Shown: positions 43,237-57,108 of the stretch, piece by piece
Numbering within the stretch: the stretch's first letter is position 1
Layout of the letters: each line of letters begins with the position of its first letter
Source of the DNA: Octopus vulgaris
Taxonomy: Eukaryota
Reading direction: 5' to 3'
DNA: 64,000 bases
NCBI GenBank assembly: GCA_951406725.2
Contig: OX597820.1
Location: forward strand, 125,364,001 to 125,428,000
Made by a program: the position numbers and the translations under genes
Notes under the pieces: generated by a model
Told to the model about the DNA's origin: nothing
Seen by the model: the letters and a program-made list of their open reading frames with translations, nothing else
The model's database searches: none

Positions 43237-43528
43237 ACTAATGCTTTTTAGAATTACACATACGCAAATTCTATAAATAAAACATTCTGAAAGGAATATC
43301 TTCATGAATTGAACAGAGACTGCTGCCATCCACTGACCATTCAAAATACTACTATCATGGCACTCCCAAATTATTATTCTTCTTACCCTTCTCCACTAAT
43401 GCTTTTAGAATAACACCTACGCAAATTCTATAACAAAACATTCTAAAGAAATATTTCTCATGAATTGAACAGGGACTGCTACCATCCACTGACCATTCAA
43501 AATTCTACTATCATGGCACTCCCAAATT
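43237..43528 (+). repeat. Diverged tandem duplication of a ~135 bp unit (43237-43373, 43394-43528)
   Basis: Both copies contain cactaatgctttt...acgcaaattctata...atccactgaccattcaaaat...atcatggcactcccaaatt. Confidence 0.85.
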
Positions 43529-43679
43529 CCTCTTCCTCTTCCTCTCCTCCTCATCCTTCCTTTTTTTTCTTCTTCTTCTTCCCTACCAATAATCCACAAG
43601 GACCTCGAACCCACAAGAGTAAACAAGAGAGAAAGAGACAGGCAGTAACAAGGAAAATGCCACTTATATTTGAACACTA

Positions 43680-43896
43680 TACTCTTTTACACTTTTATTT
43701 GTTTCAGTCATTTGACTGCGGCCATGCTGGAGCACTGCCTTTAGTCGAGCAAATCAACCCCGGGACTTATTCCTTGTTAGCCCAGTACTTATTCTATCGA
43801 TCTCTGTTGCCGAACCGTAGAGTGACGGGGACCTAAACACACCAGCATCGTTTGTCAAGCGATGCTAGGGGGGACAAACACAGACACACATACACA

Positions 43897-43976
<80 letters not shown>

Positions 43977-44140
43977 GCATATACGACAGGCTTCTTTTCA
44001 GTTTCCGTCTACCAAATCCACTCACAACGCTTTGGTCACCCCGAGGCTATAGCAGAAGACACTTGCCCAGGATGCCACGCGATGGGACTGAACCCGGAAC
44101 CAAGTGGTTGGTAAGCAAGCTACTTACCACTCAGCCACTC
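43680..44140 (-). mobile_element. SINE family 1, full-length
   Basis: Reverse complement of family 1. Confidence 0.85.
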
Positions 44141-44254
44141 ATTTTAATTTTTCTAAATTTAATTATTTAATTGTTACAGTTCAAAAAGTCTCAATGACTG
44201 AAACCGTTACTGAAATTATTTTTATAAAATTATTTTAGCATTTTCTATCTTGAC

Positions 44255-44319
<65 letters not shown>

Positions 44320-44444
44320 TTTCGTCAGTGTATAAGGCTTTGATTATCTAAAGGCATTAAAGAAATGTATATATAGATATATCATCCGTACACATCAAGA
44401 GTCAAGTCACAATATATATATGCTTATATATATTAAAGTGTATG

Positions 44445-44489
<45 letters not shown>

Positions 44490-44537
44490 CTATGTGTGTG
44501 TGTATGTATGTATATGTACGTATATTGTATGTATAAA

Positions 44538-44677
44538 CAATTATAGATGAGGACAAAAGAAAAAATCTATGTTAATATGCTGAGAAATAGACATTAAATC
44601 GTCAGTCACCACGATTTAAAGTCTATCTATCAGCATATTGGCGTAGATTTTTTTTCTTTTACCCTCATTGATAATTG
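44538..44677. repeat. Long imperfect hairpin (arms about 65 bp, 8-nt loop)
   Basis: atgagg...aaaaaatctatgttaatatgctga...atagacattaaatcgt-cagtcacc-acgatttaaagtctat...tcagcatattggcgtagattttt...cctcat. Confidence 0.85.
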
Positions 44678-44754
44678 CTTAAATTTTCACCTTAAAATGT
44701 ATTTTAAATGGCTAGCCACTTGATGAAATTAAAAAAAAAAAATAATCCTATATA

Positions 44755-45107
44755 GGCGCAGGAGTAACTGTGCGGTAAGTAGTTTGCTTAGCAACAACAT
44801 GGTTCGAGGTTCTGTCATACTGCGTGGCACCTTGGGCAAGTGTTTCTACTATAGCCTTGGGTCAACCAAAGACTTGTGGGTGGACTTGGTAGACGGAAAC
44901 GTAAAGGAGCCCGTCGTATATCCCTTGGCAACGGATGTTGATGTGTTTATGTAAGTGAAGTAGCGGTTCGACAAAAGAAACTGATATAATAATTACTAGC
45001 TTTATAACGATTAGTCCTGGGTTCAATGTCTTCAACGAAAACCACCTAAGGCTGCAGTGCCGCATCACTGCACTCAAATGAGTGAAAAAAGTAGGAGAAT
45101 AAAAGAG
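44755..45107 (+). mobile_element. SINE family 1, diverged
   Basis: ggcgcaggagtaactgtgcggtaag head, ccttgggcaagtg and gtagacggaaac. Confidence 0.8.
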
Positions 45108-45204
45108 CGTCCAATAATACTATATTTGTTCCACGTCCTCGCGTTGTTGTGTTTTTTTGTGCTTTCTTGTTTGGATTAACTATATATATATTTATATATA
45201 TATT

Positions 45205-45438
45205 TCACTTGTTCCAGTTATTAGTCTGCAACCATGGGGGAACACTGCCTTGAGGAGTTTCTAATCGAAAGAATTGACCCGAATAATTATTTTTTAGATT
45301 CAATACTGGTTGTCAAACAGAGATTAGGTGCATACACATGCACACACGCACATACATCTATATATAAATATACATGCATACATATATACATATATGTACG
45401 TATATATCTCTATCTCTATATCTATCACTCTCTCTCTA

Positions 45439-45521
<83 letters not shown>

Positions 45522-45550
45522 TATGGATTCATATATACACACACACACAC

Positions 45551-45594
<44 letters not shown>

Positions 45595-45750
45595 GACGAG
45601 CTTCTTTCAGTTTCCGTCCATTATATCCACTTACGAGACTATGACCAGCCAGTGTCTATAGTGGAAGACATTTGTCCATGGTGCCCTGCAGTGGGATTGA
45701 ACTGGAAACCATGTGTTTGCAAGCAATATGCTTTATAACAAAACCACGCC
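45205..45750 (-). mobile_element. SINE family 1, strongly diverged
   Basis: cttctttcagtttccgtc...gaagacattt...gtgggattgaactggaaaccatgtg. Confidence 0.65.
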
Positions 45751-47094
45751 TCTATCATACTTAATGCAAATATATCGCGATTGCCGAACTTACTACAGCT
45801 TTTGCTCGGAAATAGAACCTACTGTGTTTAAATACTCTACAATTATATACTCATTGCCTAGTCATGTCTTCGAAATTGTTGATTTAGTTGAACCATCTAT
45901 TATTAAAATCGCCGTAGCCAAAGAATAGATGTGATACCAGTATCTTTGTTGCTTTGCTTGTCAGTCTATTCTCATGACTGAAGAAAACCTCCCGAAGAAA
46001 CCTTGTATGTGCTGAAGCATTGTTTCTTTCTATACACTTTCTTACGCGATACTCACGGGAGAGGGGAGACAGGTGACCGGTGTGACCTGCAGACCCCTTT
46101 TCATTTGATGTTTGTACGTACGTTTATATCTATGTATATGCGTGTATGTATACATACACACACGTACACACACACACACACACATATATATATACACACA
46201 CACTGACACACACACACGTGTGTGTGTCTGAATCCTTTAAATGCCATGCAATTATAATTTACAATATCATGTATATTTTTTTTAATTCATTTTTCATACA
46301 TTGATCATAACACAAACTGATAATTCAATTTCTGTAGACCCTTTGACATTAAAATTTCGTTTAATAATAAGAGGTTTACATATATTCGCTATAGTGAATA
46401 CAAAATAAGATTTCTTCTATATTACTTGTTTTACAGGTATAAAAAAACTCTAGCTATTCTAGTTATTTTAACATATTTTCCTATTGTTTTTAATCACAAA
46501 TTTAGTTCATTAATATGTCTTTATATTTCCTTTTACAGAATTATCTTGAATTATAAATTTTGTCCTAAATGATTCTGTTCGGAAATCAGTTTTAAAGAAT
46601 TGATTTGATCTAATATCAAGTGTGATCTCATGAATCTTTCACAGTTTAGGTATCAATATACACCAGTGCAGCCAGTTGCAGCAGTATATGTAGATGTTTT
46701 CTTAAAAGAAGTCTCTATGTCAACTATGTTCATTATTGCCATTTTAGCATCGCACTTTAGCATAGCATTGTATAATTTCTAATTATACGATGTTTAATTT
46801 CGGTAAAGCTTCTAACGCTGAATTATTTTAAGACATATTGGCGTTATTTGTTTATTGTATTGATATTATAATGAATGATGAGTTTCTAAGTAGACTTACA
46901 AATACCAATTTCCAATAAGTACTCTGATATCATGCAACCGAATATTGTTCTACGTAACGGAGAGAGTAGCCTATACTAAACAAACACAAAATATGACTTC
47001 AGCACTACGATAGAAGTAGTGCTTTATATTCTGACGTAATTATATATTTCCATTGTGATAAATGTAAAACGTGGAACATAGTTAAATATGTACT

Positions 47095-47320
47095 CACTTT
47101 TTACTCTTTTACTTGTTTCAGTCATTTCATTATGGCCATGCTGGAGCACCACTTTGTAGTCGAGCAAATCGTCCCGAGGACTTATTTTTTGTAAGCCTAG
47201 TACTTATTCTAGCGGTCTCTTTTGCTAAGTTACTGGGACGTAAACACACCAGCATCGGTTGTCAAGCGACGTTGAGAAGACAAACACAGGCATAAAAACA
47301 TATACACACACATACATATA

Positions 47321-47370
<50 letters not shown>

Positions 47371-47551
47371 ATATATATATACATATATAGGACGGGCTTT
47401 TTTCAGTTTCCGTCTACCGAACCCACTTACTAGGCTTTGGTCGGCCTGAGGCTATATTAGAAGACACCGACCCAAGGTGCCACGCACGGGACTGAACCCG
47501 GAACCATGTGGTTCTTAAGCAAGCTACTTTCCACACAGTCACTCCTACGCC
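47095..47551 (-). mobile_element. SINE family 1, about 90 nt upstream of exon C
   Basis: Reverse complement of family 1. Confidence 0.85.
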
Positions 47552-47644
47552 TAATATATTTTATGAAAATGAAATTGTTCGTTAACTTAAGTATTTAAAA
47601 AAAATACTATATTAATTACTTGTCTCATTACCTTTCTGTTCCAG

Positions 47645-47746
47645 TTAAAAGGAGACAGTGAAATTGTCCCTGTTGTAGAGTCATGCGCCAGTGATTATAT
47701 GACAATATGGATGGGTCTTATATATGCCTATAAAGGTTTACTTCTG
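47645..47746 (+). CDS. GABBR2: GABBR2-like exon C (ECL2-TM5): LKGDSEIVPVVESCASDYMTIWMGLIYAYKGLLL
   Basis: cctttctgttccag| ... |gtaagt; 102 nt, phase 0. Carries the conserved ECL2 Cys and the MTIW.G..YAYKGLL motif. Too short for the ORF track. Confidence 0.94.
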
Positions 47747-48089
47747 GTAAGTATATAATTCAAAATATTTTCTTTCATGTGGTTCATGGATTTATAAACG
47801 AAAATTAAATCTCTTCATATGTTGGTGGGATGAACGGTGGTGGCAAATCTACCATCTGTCTAAAAGAGCATACAGATCAAGATTATGTGGAATTTCATGA
47901 TATTACAGATAAGAGAAACGAAGTAGCTGAATAAGCTATCTTATTCAGCTACTTGCCAATCATTCAGAAAGTATGGTATTGATCGTTTCTTTTGCATGAT
48001 TTATTGACAACCAGCAGATAAATTTATTGTGTTACAAACATAATTGTATGTATGTATATATATATATATATAATTGTACATAAACGGTT

Positions 48090-48290
48090 TCATATTTGAC
48101 CTCAAAGCAGTAGATTTGGAGGAGAGACTAAGTCCATACATCAACCCCAGTGTTCAACTGGTACACATTTTATCGATCCTAAATGTATGAAAGGCTGACT
48201 CGAACACGGAGATATTTGAATTCAGAACATGAAGACTGACAAAATACCGTCAACATTTTGCCCAGCTTGCTAACGGTTCTTCCTGCTTGA
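48090..48290 (-). mobile_element. SINE family 4, degenerate
   Basis: actggtacacattttatcgatcctaaatgtatgaaaggc...ttgaattcagaac...gctaacggttct. Confidence 0.6.
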
Positions 48291-48585
48291 ATTAAACAAT
48301 TATATCATTCTACAACTGACAGTTCATCCGTTACTGGTACTGAAAAACTAATATATATTTGGCAGAATACTGTATATATAATGCGAAAATATTTTAGGCA
48401 ATCAGTTCTCATGCGACATTTGGCTGAATTTTATAAATTCTGTACACACTTGAATGTTATATGTAAATATATGATTCTTTTATATAAGTTAAATCATGTG
48501 AATAGACTTATATATATCGAGAATGGAGGTGTTTATATCTATCCATCTATCTATCTCTATATATGTATGTATGTATATATATATA

Positions 48586-49000
48586 CAGGTTATCGTCGAC
48601 TTACGACCGATCGATTTACGACGATTGGTGTGCCAGTTCCCGGCAGCAATAATAACAGTCCAGTGGAAGTCTAATGGACTTAACTTCTTAGAAATTAACC
48701 CGTCTACAGATGATGTCAGGTTGCAAACGCACCCCGAGTTTTGGTTATCGATTGCTAATACGTTACACGACTAATTTGTCGTGGAGACATCGAGACAACC
48801 ACGTATTTATTTATTGGACGACTGCTTGAGACTCCGAAACTTTTTACTAACGCTAGTATAATATAGAATGCTGTGCGTGACTTTTACCTGGTAATGGATC
48901 GTAACAATGTAAAAGTATAAAACAAAACTATGTAGGCCTAAAGGCCGACTTACGACCAGTCGGTCGCAGCCAATTGTGGTCGTAAGCCAACCACAACCTG
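48586..49000. mobile_element. pogo/Tigger-like MITE (415 bp) with TA target-site duplication
   Basis: TA|CAGGTTATCGTCGACTTACGACC ... GGTCGTAAGCCAACCACAACCTG|TA. Confidence 0.8.
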
Positions 49001-49009
49001 TATATATAT

Positions 49010-49160
49010 GTAGTCCAAATTTACAAAAAATAAAAGCTGATGACTGGTGAGGGAACAACTAGCAGGTGTACTAGCTTGATGCTCGGGAAGAACGAGTCTT
49101 TGAAGTTTCGAGCCTACGCTCTTCGACAGAAAGAGCTGAGGTGAAAAACATGGAGGGAGA
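49010..49160 (-). mobile_element. Family H repeat with hammerhead-like motif at 49097-49134
   Basis: Minus strand TCTTT-CTGTCGA-A-GAGC-GTAG-GCTC-GAAAC-TTC-AAAGA. Confidence 0.7.
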
Positions 49161-49330
49161 AAAGAATGAGCAGGGATTAATTATTTAATATGATGAAATG
49201 ACCGCAAGAATGACGTTAATTGGAGTGGAGGTAATAACGTTGACCCGGTTGAATTAGGATGCGCAAGCATGTGATTGTATGTAAGAACAGTGTGTTTGAC
49301 TGTGTATGTGTGAATGTATGTGTGGGCGAG

Positions 49331-49356
<26 letters not shown>

Positions 49357-49361
<5 letters not shown>

Positions 49362-49530
49362 AGAGTTTACGAAAAAAACAAAAGACGAAGACAGGTGCTG
49401 TACAAGACAAACAGATGTATTAGTATAACGCTCAGGAATATAAAAAGTTTGTTTACGTTTGAGCCTACGCTCTTCTACAGATAGAGACAGAAAAAATAAG
49501 GAGAGAAACAAGGAGAGAAAAAAGGAGAGA
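49357..49530 (-). mobile_element. Family H repeat with a damaged hammerhead-like motif (about 49451-49484)
   Basis: Minus strand CTGTAGA-A-GAGC-GTAG-GCTC-AAAC-GTA; G12 is deleted. Confidence 0.7.
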
Positions 49531-49577
49531 CAGGATAGACATCTAACACAGTGGCGATCGATAATCAAACCTAGGAG

Positions 49578-50042
<465 letters not shown>

Positions 50043-50835
50043 TCATACAAATAATTTAAATAATACCTGAGTAATATTATTTTTAATAAGTTCACCTACT
50101 CTTGAACGAGGTAAGTCCTATACTGCGGAGAATGTCTAAGGAGAAAAAGTCTTATTAGAGATTATATGAAAACATATCGCCTGTATATGAATGTCAGCGT
50201 CGGAACCAAGTTCCCATGCATTTCTCACCGTTACGCTTTGTCAACTACGGACACTGAATGCTTCATATGTGTCCATACATGTGGATACTTCAGTTAAAAT
50301 ACATAGTTGTAATGCGTGTTGCTGCGAAAATAAGCGTAAGTTTATATATTTTATTGATAATTATGTGTATTTCAGTTTTCGTCTAACAAATCCATTCACA
50401 TGATTTTCTTCATCCCAGGGTTATGGCAGATGACATTTACCCAAGGCCTCACGCATTGAAACTGAATCGGGGCCATGTGGCAGGAAAGCTAAGTCCCTAC
50501 CATTCATTCTTTGGATGGAAACGTGTCAGCAATGGAAATGTTCTCACAGTAACTTAAGAATAATTAGTTTATTTGTTCGTATATGGTTACGATACTTATA
50601 AGTACAAGATACTTTTATTTGTTGAAAAGTGACATAGATAGACGTATAACAACGAAGATGGGACACTAATTTCAATACACCAGTATATGATAGTAGATTG
50701 AGCAATTTCCTTCTTATCATACATTTTTTAGCGTATCACTTATTTGATGAATTAGGTAACACACTTGAACTGAATATGCGTGAAATAAATATCTAATTCA
50801 TATCTATTTGGATTTATATATTTTGTATTTTTTAG

Positions 50836-51060
50836 GTAATTGGTTGTTTCTTAGCTTGGGAAACACGCCATGTGAGCATCCCCGCCTTAAATGATTCTAA
50901 ATATATCGGCATGAGTGTCTACAATGTGGTGATAATGTGTACATGTGGAGCTGCCGTTTCTATTATCATCAAAGACAAGCCCACGTCAGCTTTTATCATT
51001 ATAGGTCTTTTCATCATATTTTGTACAACCATCACATTGTGCCTTCTCTTTGTTCCAAAG
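50836..51060 (+). CDS. GABBR2: GABBR2-like exon D (TM5-TM7): [75 protein letters not shown]
   Basis: ttttgtattttttag| ... |gtaagt; 225 nt. [28 protein letters not shown] and TITLCL.FVPK are diagnostic of GABA-B2 rather than B1. Confidence 0.96.
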
Positions 51061-52265
51061 GTAAGTTCATGAACATTTCTTTTCAATTGCACGCAGTGCA
51101 TTGCATCCTCCTTCACTAACCCCCCCCCCGGCTATGTGATTATATATGTTTCTCTATTCTTCTTTCTGACGCTCTCCCTCTTCGTGCTTATTTATCTCCA
51201 TATATGGAGAAAATAAACAAACAAAATAAACAGAATTATGATTATTGGATGTGCATATAGATACTCAACTTTATTTCTTCTTTCCATTGTATCTATCAGC
51301 AATTCAAATTCCATTAACTAACTGGTCATTGTAAATAACAGTTAAATATTTAATAATGTCTAATGTACAGGTGCCTAAAGCTGGATATATAATCGAAAAT
51401 ATGTATTTCAAATAATTTTATTCAAAAACATTAATAAAAGTTTGAACATGGATTCCATTATTGCTTTACAAGATTCACTTGAATCCGTTGCAGCAACTTT
51501 ATATTTCGTCAGTTTGAGTAATTAGAGCGCATTCATTCATATTGCTTTCTATCATATGATTCATGTCTGAGATATTCATTGAGTACACATTTAATATATC
51601 TTAATAATAGAAGTCATGGGGGATAGTACCTACAGAGTGAGGAGCCCATACTACAAGAATACTACTGATATTTCCCTTCTATCCAAAATTTAGGTCACTC
51701 TACAGACGATGTTGAATATAGCGTCATATTAAACTAATACTTTTTTGCACGAAGCAATTCTTAACTATTAACTATTAATAAAACTTTATTCCGTTTATGA
51801 GATTTCGTTAATGTGCATCAAATATAATGCTGATAGGGCAAATGTTCATAAGGTCTTTAGTATAACAGGAATAATTATATAATGATTTTATGTAAAATCT
51901 CTGGCATGACATACATATTGGAGCATGAACATAAATACACACGCACGCTTTCAAACAATCTATCACACGTACATTTCTGAATTGCTGAAGTTAGTGGTAT
52001 ATATCTATTATCTGGACTAATGCCGAAGGTCTAATTATCTAATCCGCTTATTGGATATATTCAATATTTCTGTGCACATTGCTGCATTATGTTTAGTATG
52101 TATTTGAGTAAAATGCTTAGAATGTGATCCGGTGAACACAGACACACACACACACAGACACACACACACAAACACAGACATACACACATATACATACATA
52201 TATATATATGTATAAATATATATTTACACACACACACACAGACACAGACACACACACACACACAC

Positions 52266-52317
<52 letters not shown>

Positions 52318-52405
52318 TATATGTATATATGTGAATTTCATCACACACAACATGGGCAAAATTTCTTCTAAAGAAAAAAATATATATTCAAATAAGTAAA
52401 ACACA

Positions 52406-52440
52406 ATATCATGAATAGCGACAGCGAAACCGGTCGATAT
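52406..52440 (+). ncRNA. Minimal hammerhead-like motif with a compensatory A3-U8 core
   Basis: ATATC-ATGAATA-GC-GACA-GC-GAAA-CCGG-TC-GATAT: 5-bp stem I, palindromic ACCGGT stem III, GUC triplet, (TA)n about 110 nt downstream. Confidence 0.5.
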
Positions 52441-54142
52441 ACTAAAATTATATTAAAACCATGTAAGTGTGCGTATTTTCCTTTTTAAATTGCTTATATA
52501 CATTACAACTCACCACGTGGGGATAATCGAAGTTCCTCTTTTCTGTTACTACTATATATATATATATAAGTATATTTATATATGGGAGACAGAGACAGAG
52601 ACAGATGGACAGAAAGAGAGTGAGTATATTTACATATGGTGTTACGCCTGGTTGCATAATGTGGACGAATCGTTATGGAGCTGCCTTATTACCATGATTA
52701 CGTGAGAATTAGTAAGGTCCAAAATATTTTCTTGCATACTTAGTATCAAACAAAATTGTAATTTAACTGTATATTTAAGCAAAATATTTTATCTAAGCAG
52801 TAACATTAGTACAATTTATTTGTAGTTCTGAAATTTCCAATATGGTCATTAATATGCTGCACGCATACATGTAAATGTATGAAACGAAGTACGTAAACTG
52901 CAGTATTTTTTCAAGCACCAATAATAAGAAAGGATACAGATGTATCTATGTGTTATCAAATATCACGAGATAGAATATTCCATTAAAAAGAACACTGAAA
53001 TAATTATCACACCGCTTCAAACAAACTAAAATTATCGAATGAATATCTACTGTGTAGCTGAACATTTTAGAAACAGCAACGAAATTCCATCAAACCACAT
53101 TTCCTTATCTTCAAGGAGATGAAGTATTTGGGAATTATTATACTTGATATGCAGAATGAAGGGATAGTTAAGAGACTGATACTTTTGATCATGAATCCCG
53201 TGTTATATAACGAAGCAGGAAAGGAATGGGATTAACATCAGGAGCCTTAATAGAAAAACAGGTTAAAGAGAGTGTATATAGCTAAATAAAGTGAAATACA
53301 GCAACTTGACAAAAAGCTGAAATTGAATACTAGATGTATGCCCTATAACTTAATATTTTGATATCGGTTCCTTTCTTAGTTGCAATGGGGTGTTGTTTGA
53401 GCTGACCTCTGATTAAAACCTTCAATCTGTGATAATATCATTTTTGTTAAATCCGTTAAGATCTCAGTATCAAATATATTTTCCTTTGCAAATGCCATAG
53501 AGCGTGATTTGTGAGAGATTAGGCTGTTATATTTAACATTTTGATCAAATATATTGACATTCATAGTTAGACGTGAGGCAGCAAAGACTTGTTTGTCAGC
53601 AATTTACTCGGATATACATCAATGTCTGAATTTGGCAGATCTTTTTTTGTAATCTATTAATTGAAAATCCTTTTGCACCTGACATTATTTATGAAACCCA
53701 AAAATCTGGGTATCAAAGACGACAGCACTGGGTTTTACTACAAAAAGATAAGGGGTCAGGAATCTTCTTTCAGAACGTATTGCATGGTTCTCTTCATTTT
53801 TGTTACTGATTTTTATTGATTACTAATGAACTCTTAATTTGGTTAGTGCCACATATTTCATGTGAACATGTAGAAAATATATAGTCTATATATGCCTTTA
53901 CAATATCTGTCACAACTAACTAGAGACAATTATATGCAAAATCCATAGCAATTATATTGTATGTCTCTCTGTGTAAATTGGAAAGATATATATATACAGT
54001 CTTTTGAATATGAAAATGTGTAGTTTTTAATGAGAATAATCACCAAACTAAATTAAAATGCATTCACTTTTGTTGCTAGTGCATGGTTAGATACGGACAA
54101 TATTAGATATAATAGAGTTGTTGAATTATTTTCCTTACGTCT

Positions 54143-54280
<138 letters not shown>

Positions 54281-54510
54281 AAATTAAAATATCGTATTTG
54301 GTATTGAACTATGATAAAGTTATTTAGAGGCCTGGTGATTGGGGTTACATTTTAAGAGAGGTTCCTGTAAAACGCTGCTTGCTTAAGGAACCGTAAAAGA
54401 ACCTCAAGAAACACGTGTAGCTGGGAAATGAGTAGTAAGTATTAAATTGAATTAAAATTCTTTTATATGGTGGGATGAAGGGGACTACTAGACTACTATC
54501 TCTAAATAAC

Positions 54511-54584
<74 letters not shown>

Positions 54585-55131
54585 TCAAGCATCATTACAT
54601 GTGTACTGGTTGCAGGTGACTTACTCACACATGGAGTATTTTAATTCAAAACATTATTAGAAATATTATTGCAAGTTATTATTCTCAACCGTTGCCTGGC
54701 ATACAAGTCAACATATATTGGATGTTATGTAATCTGATTCAAATGCAATTACTTGCTTTAAATGTCATGTAGACTCAGGTTTATTCAGTGTTGAATAGTT
54801 GGTGTAACAATGAAGTTCTGGTGATCCGATGAGCTACCGTTTTTTTTATTTGAATTGATTTATGAATACAATTATATTGCATCGTGCTGAGCATGCATAT
54901 TAATGCAAGCATGTAAGCATAATTTCTTCTACACAGAAATTAATACTACACGAAAAGATTGGCAAACTTTCTATTATCCTAGAGGTGTCTTATGGTTAAA
55001 ATATATACATTCTCATACCTCCTGACGCTTATATCTTATGAATATATGTATGTGTATGTATATATGCATGTATATATATGTATATATATATCTGTGTGTG
55101 TATAGTTATATATTTACATACACACACATGC

Positions 55132-55168
<37 letters not shown>

Positions 55169-55914
55169 CATGTGTATGTATATATGTATGTGTGTATGTA
55201 TGAATATACATTTGTCCTTAGGTAGATGTATTGGACTGCATGTACTGTGATCAAATTCTGCGTCAAGGGCCTGATATTATCACATAATAGTATACTGCTT
55301 ACTCACTTTGTGCGCAAGCGTAAAGTCCTTCGATCCAACGTCAGCATTTCTACATCTTCCTAATAGAGTTTATCATGTATCGCTGGTTTTGTGCTGTAAG
55401 CCAATCGAAAATTACAATAATAAACACAACTGGTGGAATTGGAATCGTACCTTGTAAAGAGGAAACACCATACATCAACGTACTTGCCTTCTAACGCTGT
55501 AACTCTGGATGTCTTGTAAAGAAAATAGATGAAGTAAATTTCTTTCAAGTTGTTGCAATTGGGATGCGTTACACAACGCCGTACCAGGAATCTGTCCACC
55601 ATTAACTATTGCATGTTCTCAATTGAAGGTTGCGCGGTTTTTCTTAATAACACTAATGTACTTCGCTATTCTTCATCGACTACGATGGCGAGAAAATTGC
55701 CATATATCATGTGACAACCTATGATCTTTATCGTGATAGCAGTGCCGAGCAAAACTATTCTGCGTCGGGTAAAAGGAATCTGCTCATAATAAAACTCCTC
55801 AAATTTCATAAATCATACCCAAGCACATACACAGGCATACACACACACATACCCTTCGACGCACGCCACTTACCCACACTCACGCGAACACTCACAAGAC
55901 ACAGACCCACAACA

Positions 55915-55960
<46 letters not shown>

Positions 55961-56022
55961 GCTGCTGCTACTACTACTACTACTACTACTACCACCGCCA
56001 CTACTACTACTACTACTACTAC

Positions 56023-56073
<51 letters not shown>

Positions 56074-56165
56074 TAATAATAATGGTAATAATAACAGTAA
56101 TACTGATAATAATGATAATGATAATAATAATAATAATGATAATAATAATAATAATAATAATAATA
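55915..56165. repeat. (TAC)n followed by (TAA)n microsatellite
   Basis: Seen directly. Confidence 0.95.
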
Positions 56166-56487
56166 CAGTACCGGTGATTGTAGGATCTCTAGGGATGATA
56201 AAAAAATATGTACTGAAGCCTATTTGAAAATGACACCACGCCTACCATGCCTACAGCAAGTTCAAAAAATCGTATTAACTGGAACGGTTCATATACTGAG
56301 AAGAGCATAGTCACTGTGAAAACAACATCCATTCATGAATTCATTTATTTATTAATTCTTTAAATACATATTTTACCTGTGAATTTGTGTGGTAATCTGG
56401 GAATGCATACAATGAGCTTCTTTGACCTAGGTGTATGGAAAACACAGGGAGAGAAATGGAAGAAAATTTGAAGAAAGAAGGAAAATA

Positions 56488-56490
<3 letters not shown>
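56165..56490 (+). mobile_element. 3' end of an R4/Dong-type retrotransposon within (TAA)n
   Basis: TVPVIVGSLGMIKK...LQQVQKIVLTGTVHILRRA, then a 3' UTR; (AAT)n on both sides. Confidence 0.7.
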
Positions 56491-56526
<36 letters not shown>

Positions 56527-56539
56527 TTCGGAATGGTAT

Positions 56540-57108
56540 ATTTCGGAATGGTCATTTTGCCCGTTTAGCCAATGAAAACACACGCACTATATACACAGAT
56601 AAATAAACAAATAGAAATAAATAACTATATTATTTTTTTTCGATTTATTATTATTATTACTAGTATTGTTGTTATACATACATACATACAAGCATGTGTA
56701 ATGATAATAATAATAAGTGGATGTAAACACATGAACAAAATAAGAATAAACAAAAACAGCAACAACAAAAACAAATTACATGAACGTATACAAACAGAAG
56801 ATACAAATATTACAGGCATCCCCCCCACACACACTAAATAAACATAAACGCACATAGAGATATAAGCATGCGCAAATAAAGACATACAATAGAAATACAA
56901 AATGGCTGACGGTTGGTAAGGAGAGACACAAATAAGAAAGAAGAAAACAAAGTGCCACTAATGCGGTCACAGGAGTGTGACGAAAGAACTCTGGCCGAAA
57001 TAAGATTAAGATTAATGTAAAAAATAAATAACACTGAAGCAAAATAACACCAAATATATAGTGCGTGTGTTTTTATTGGCTAAACTGGCAAAATGACCAT
57101 TCCGAAAT
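56540..57108. mobile_element. Element with ~53 bp terminal inverted repeats (MITE-like)
   Basis: atttcggaatggtcattttgcccgtttagccaatgaaaacacacgcactatat and atatagtgcgtgtgtttttattggctaaactggcaaaatgaccattccgaaat. Confidence 0.75.
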
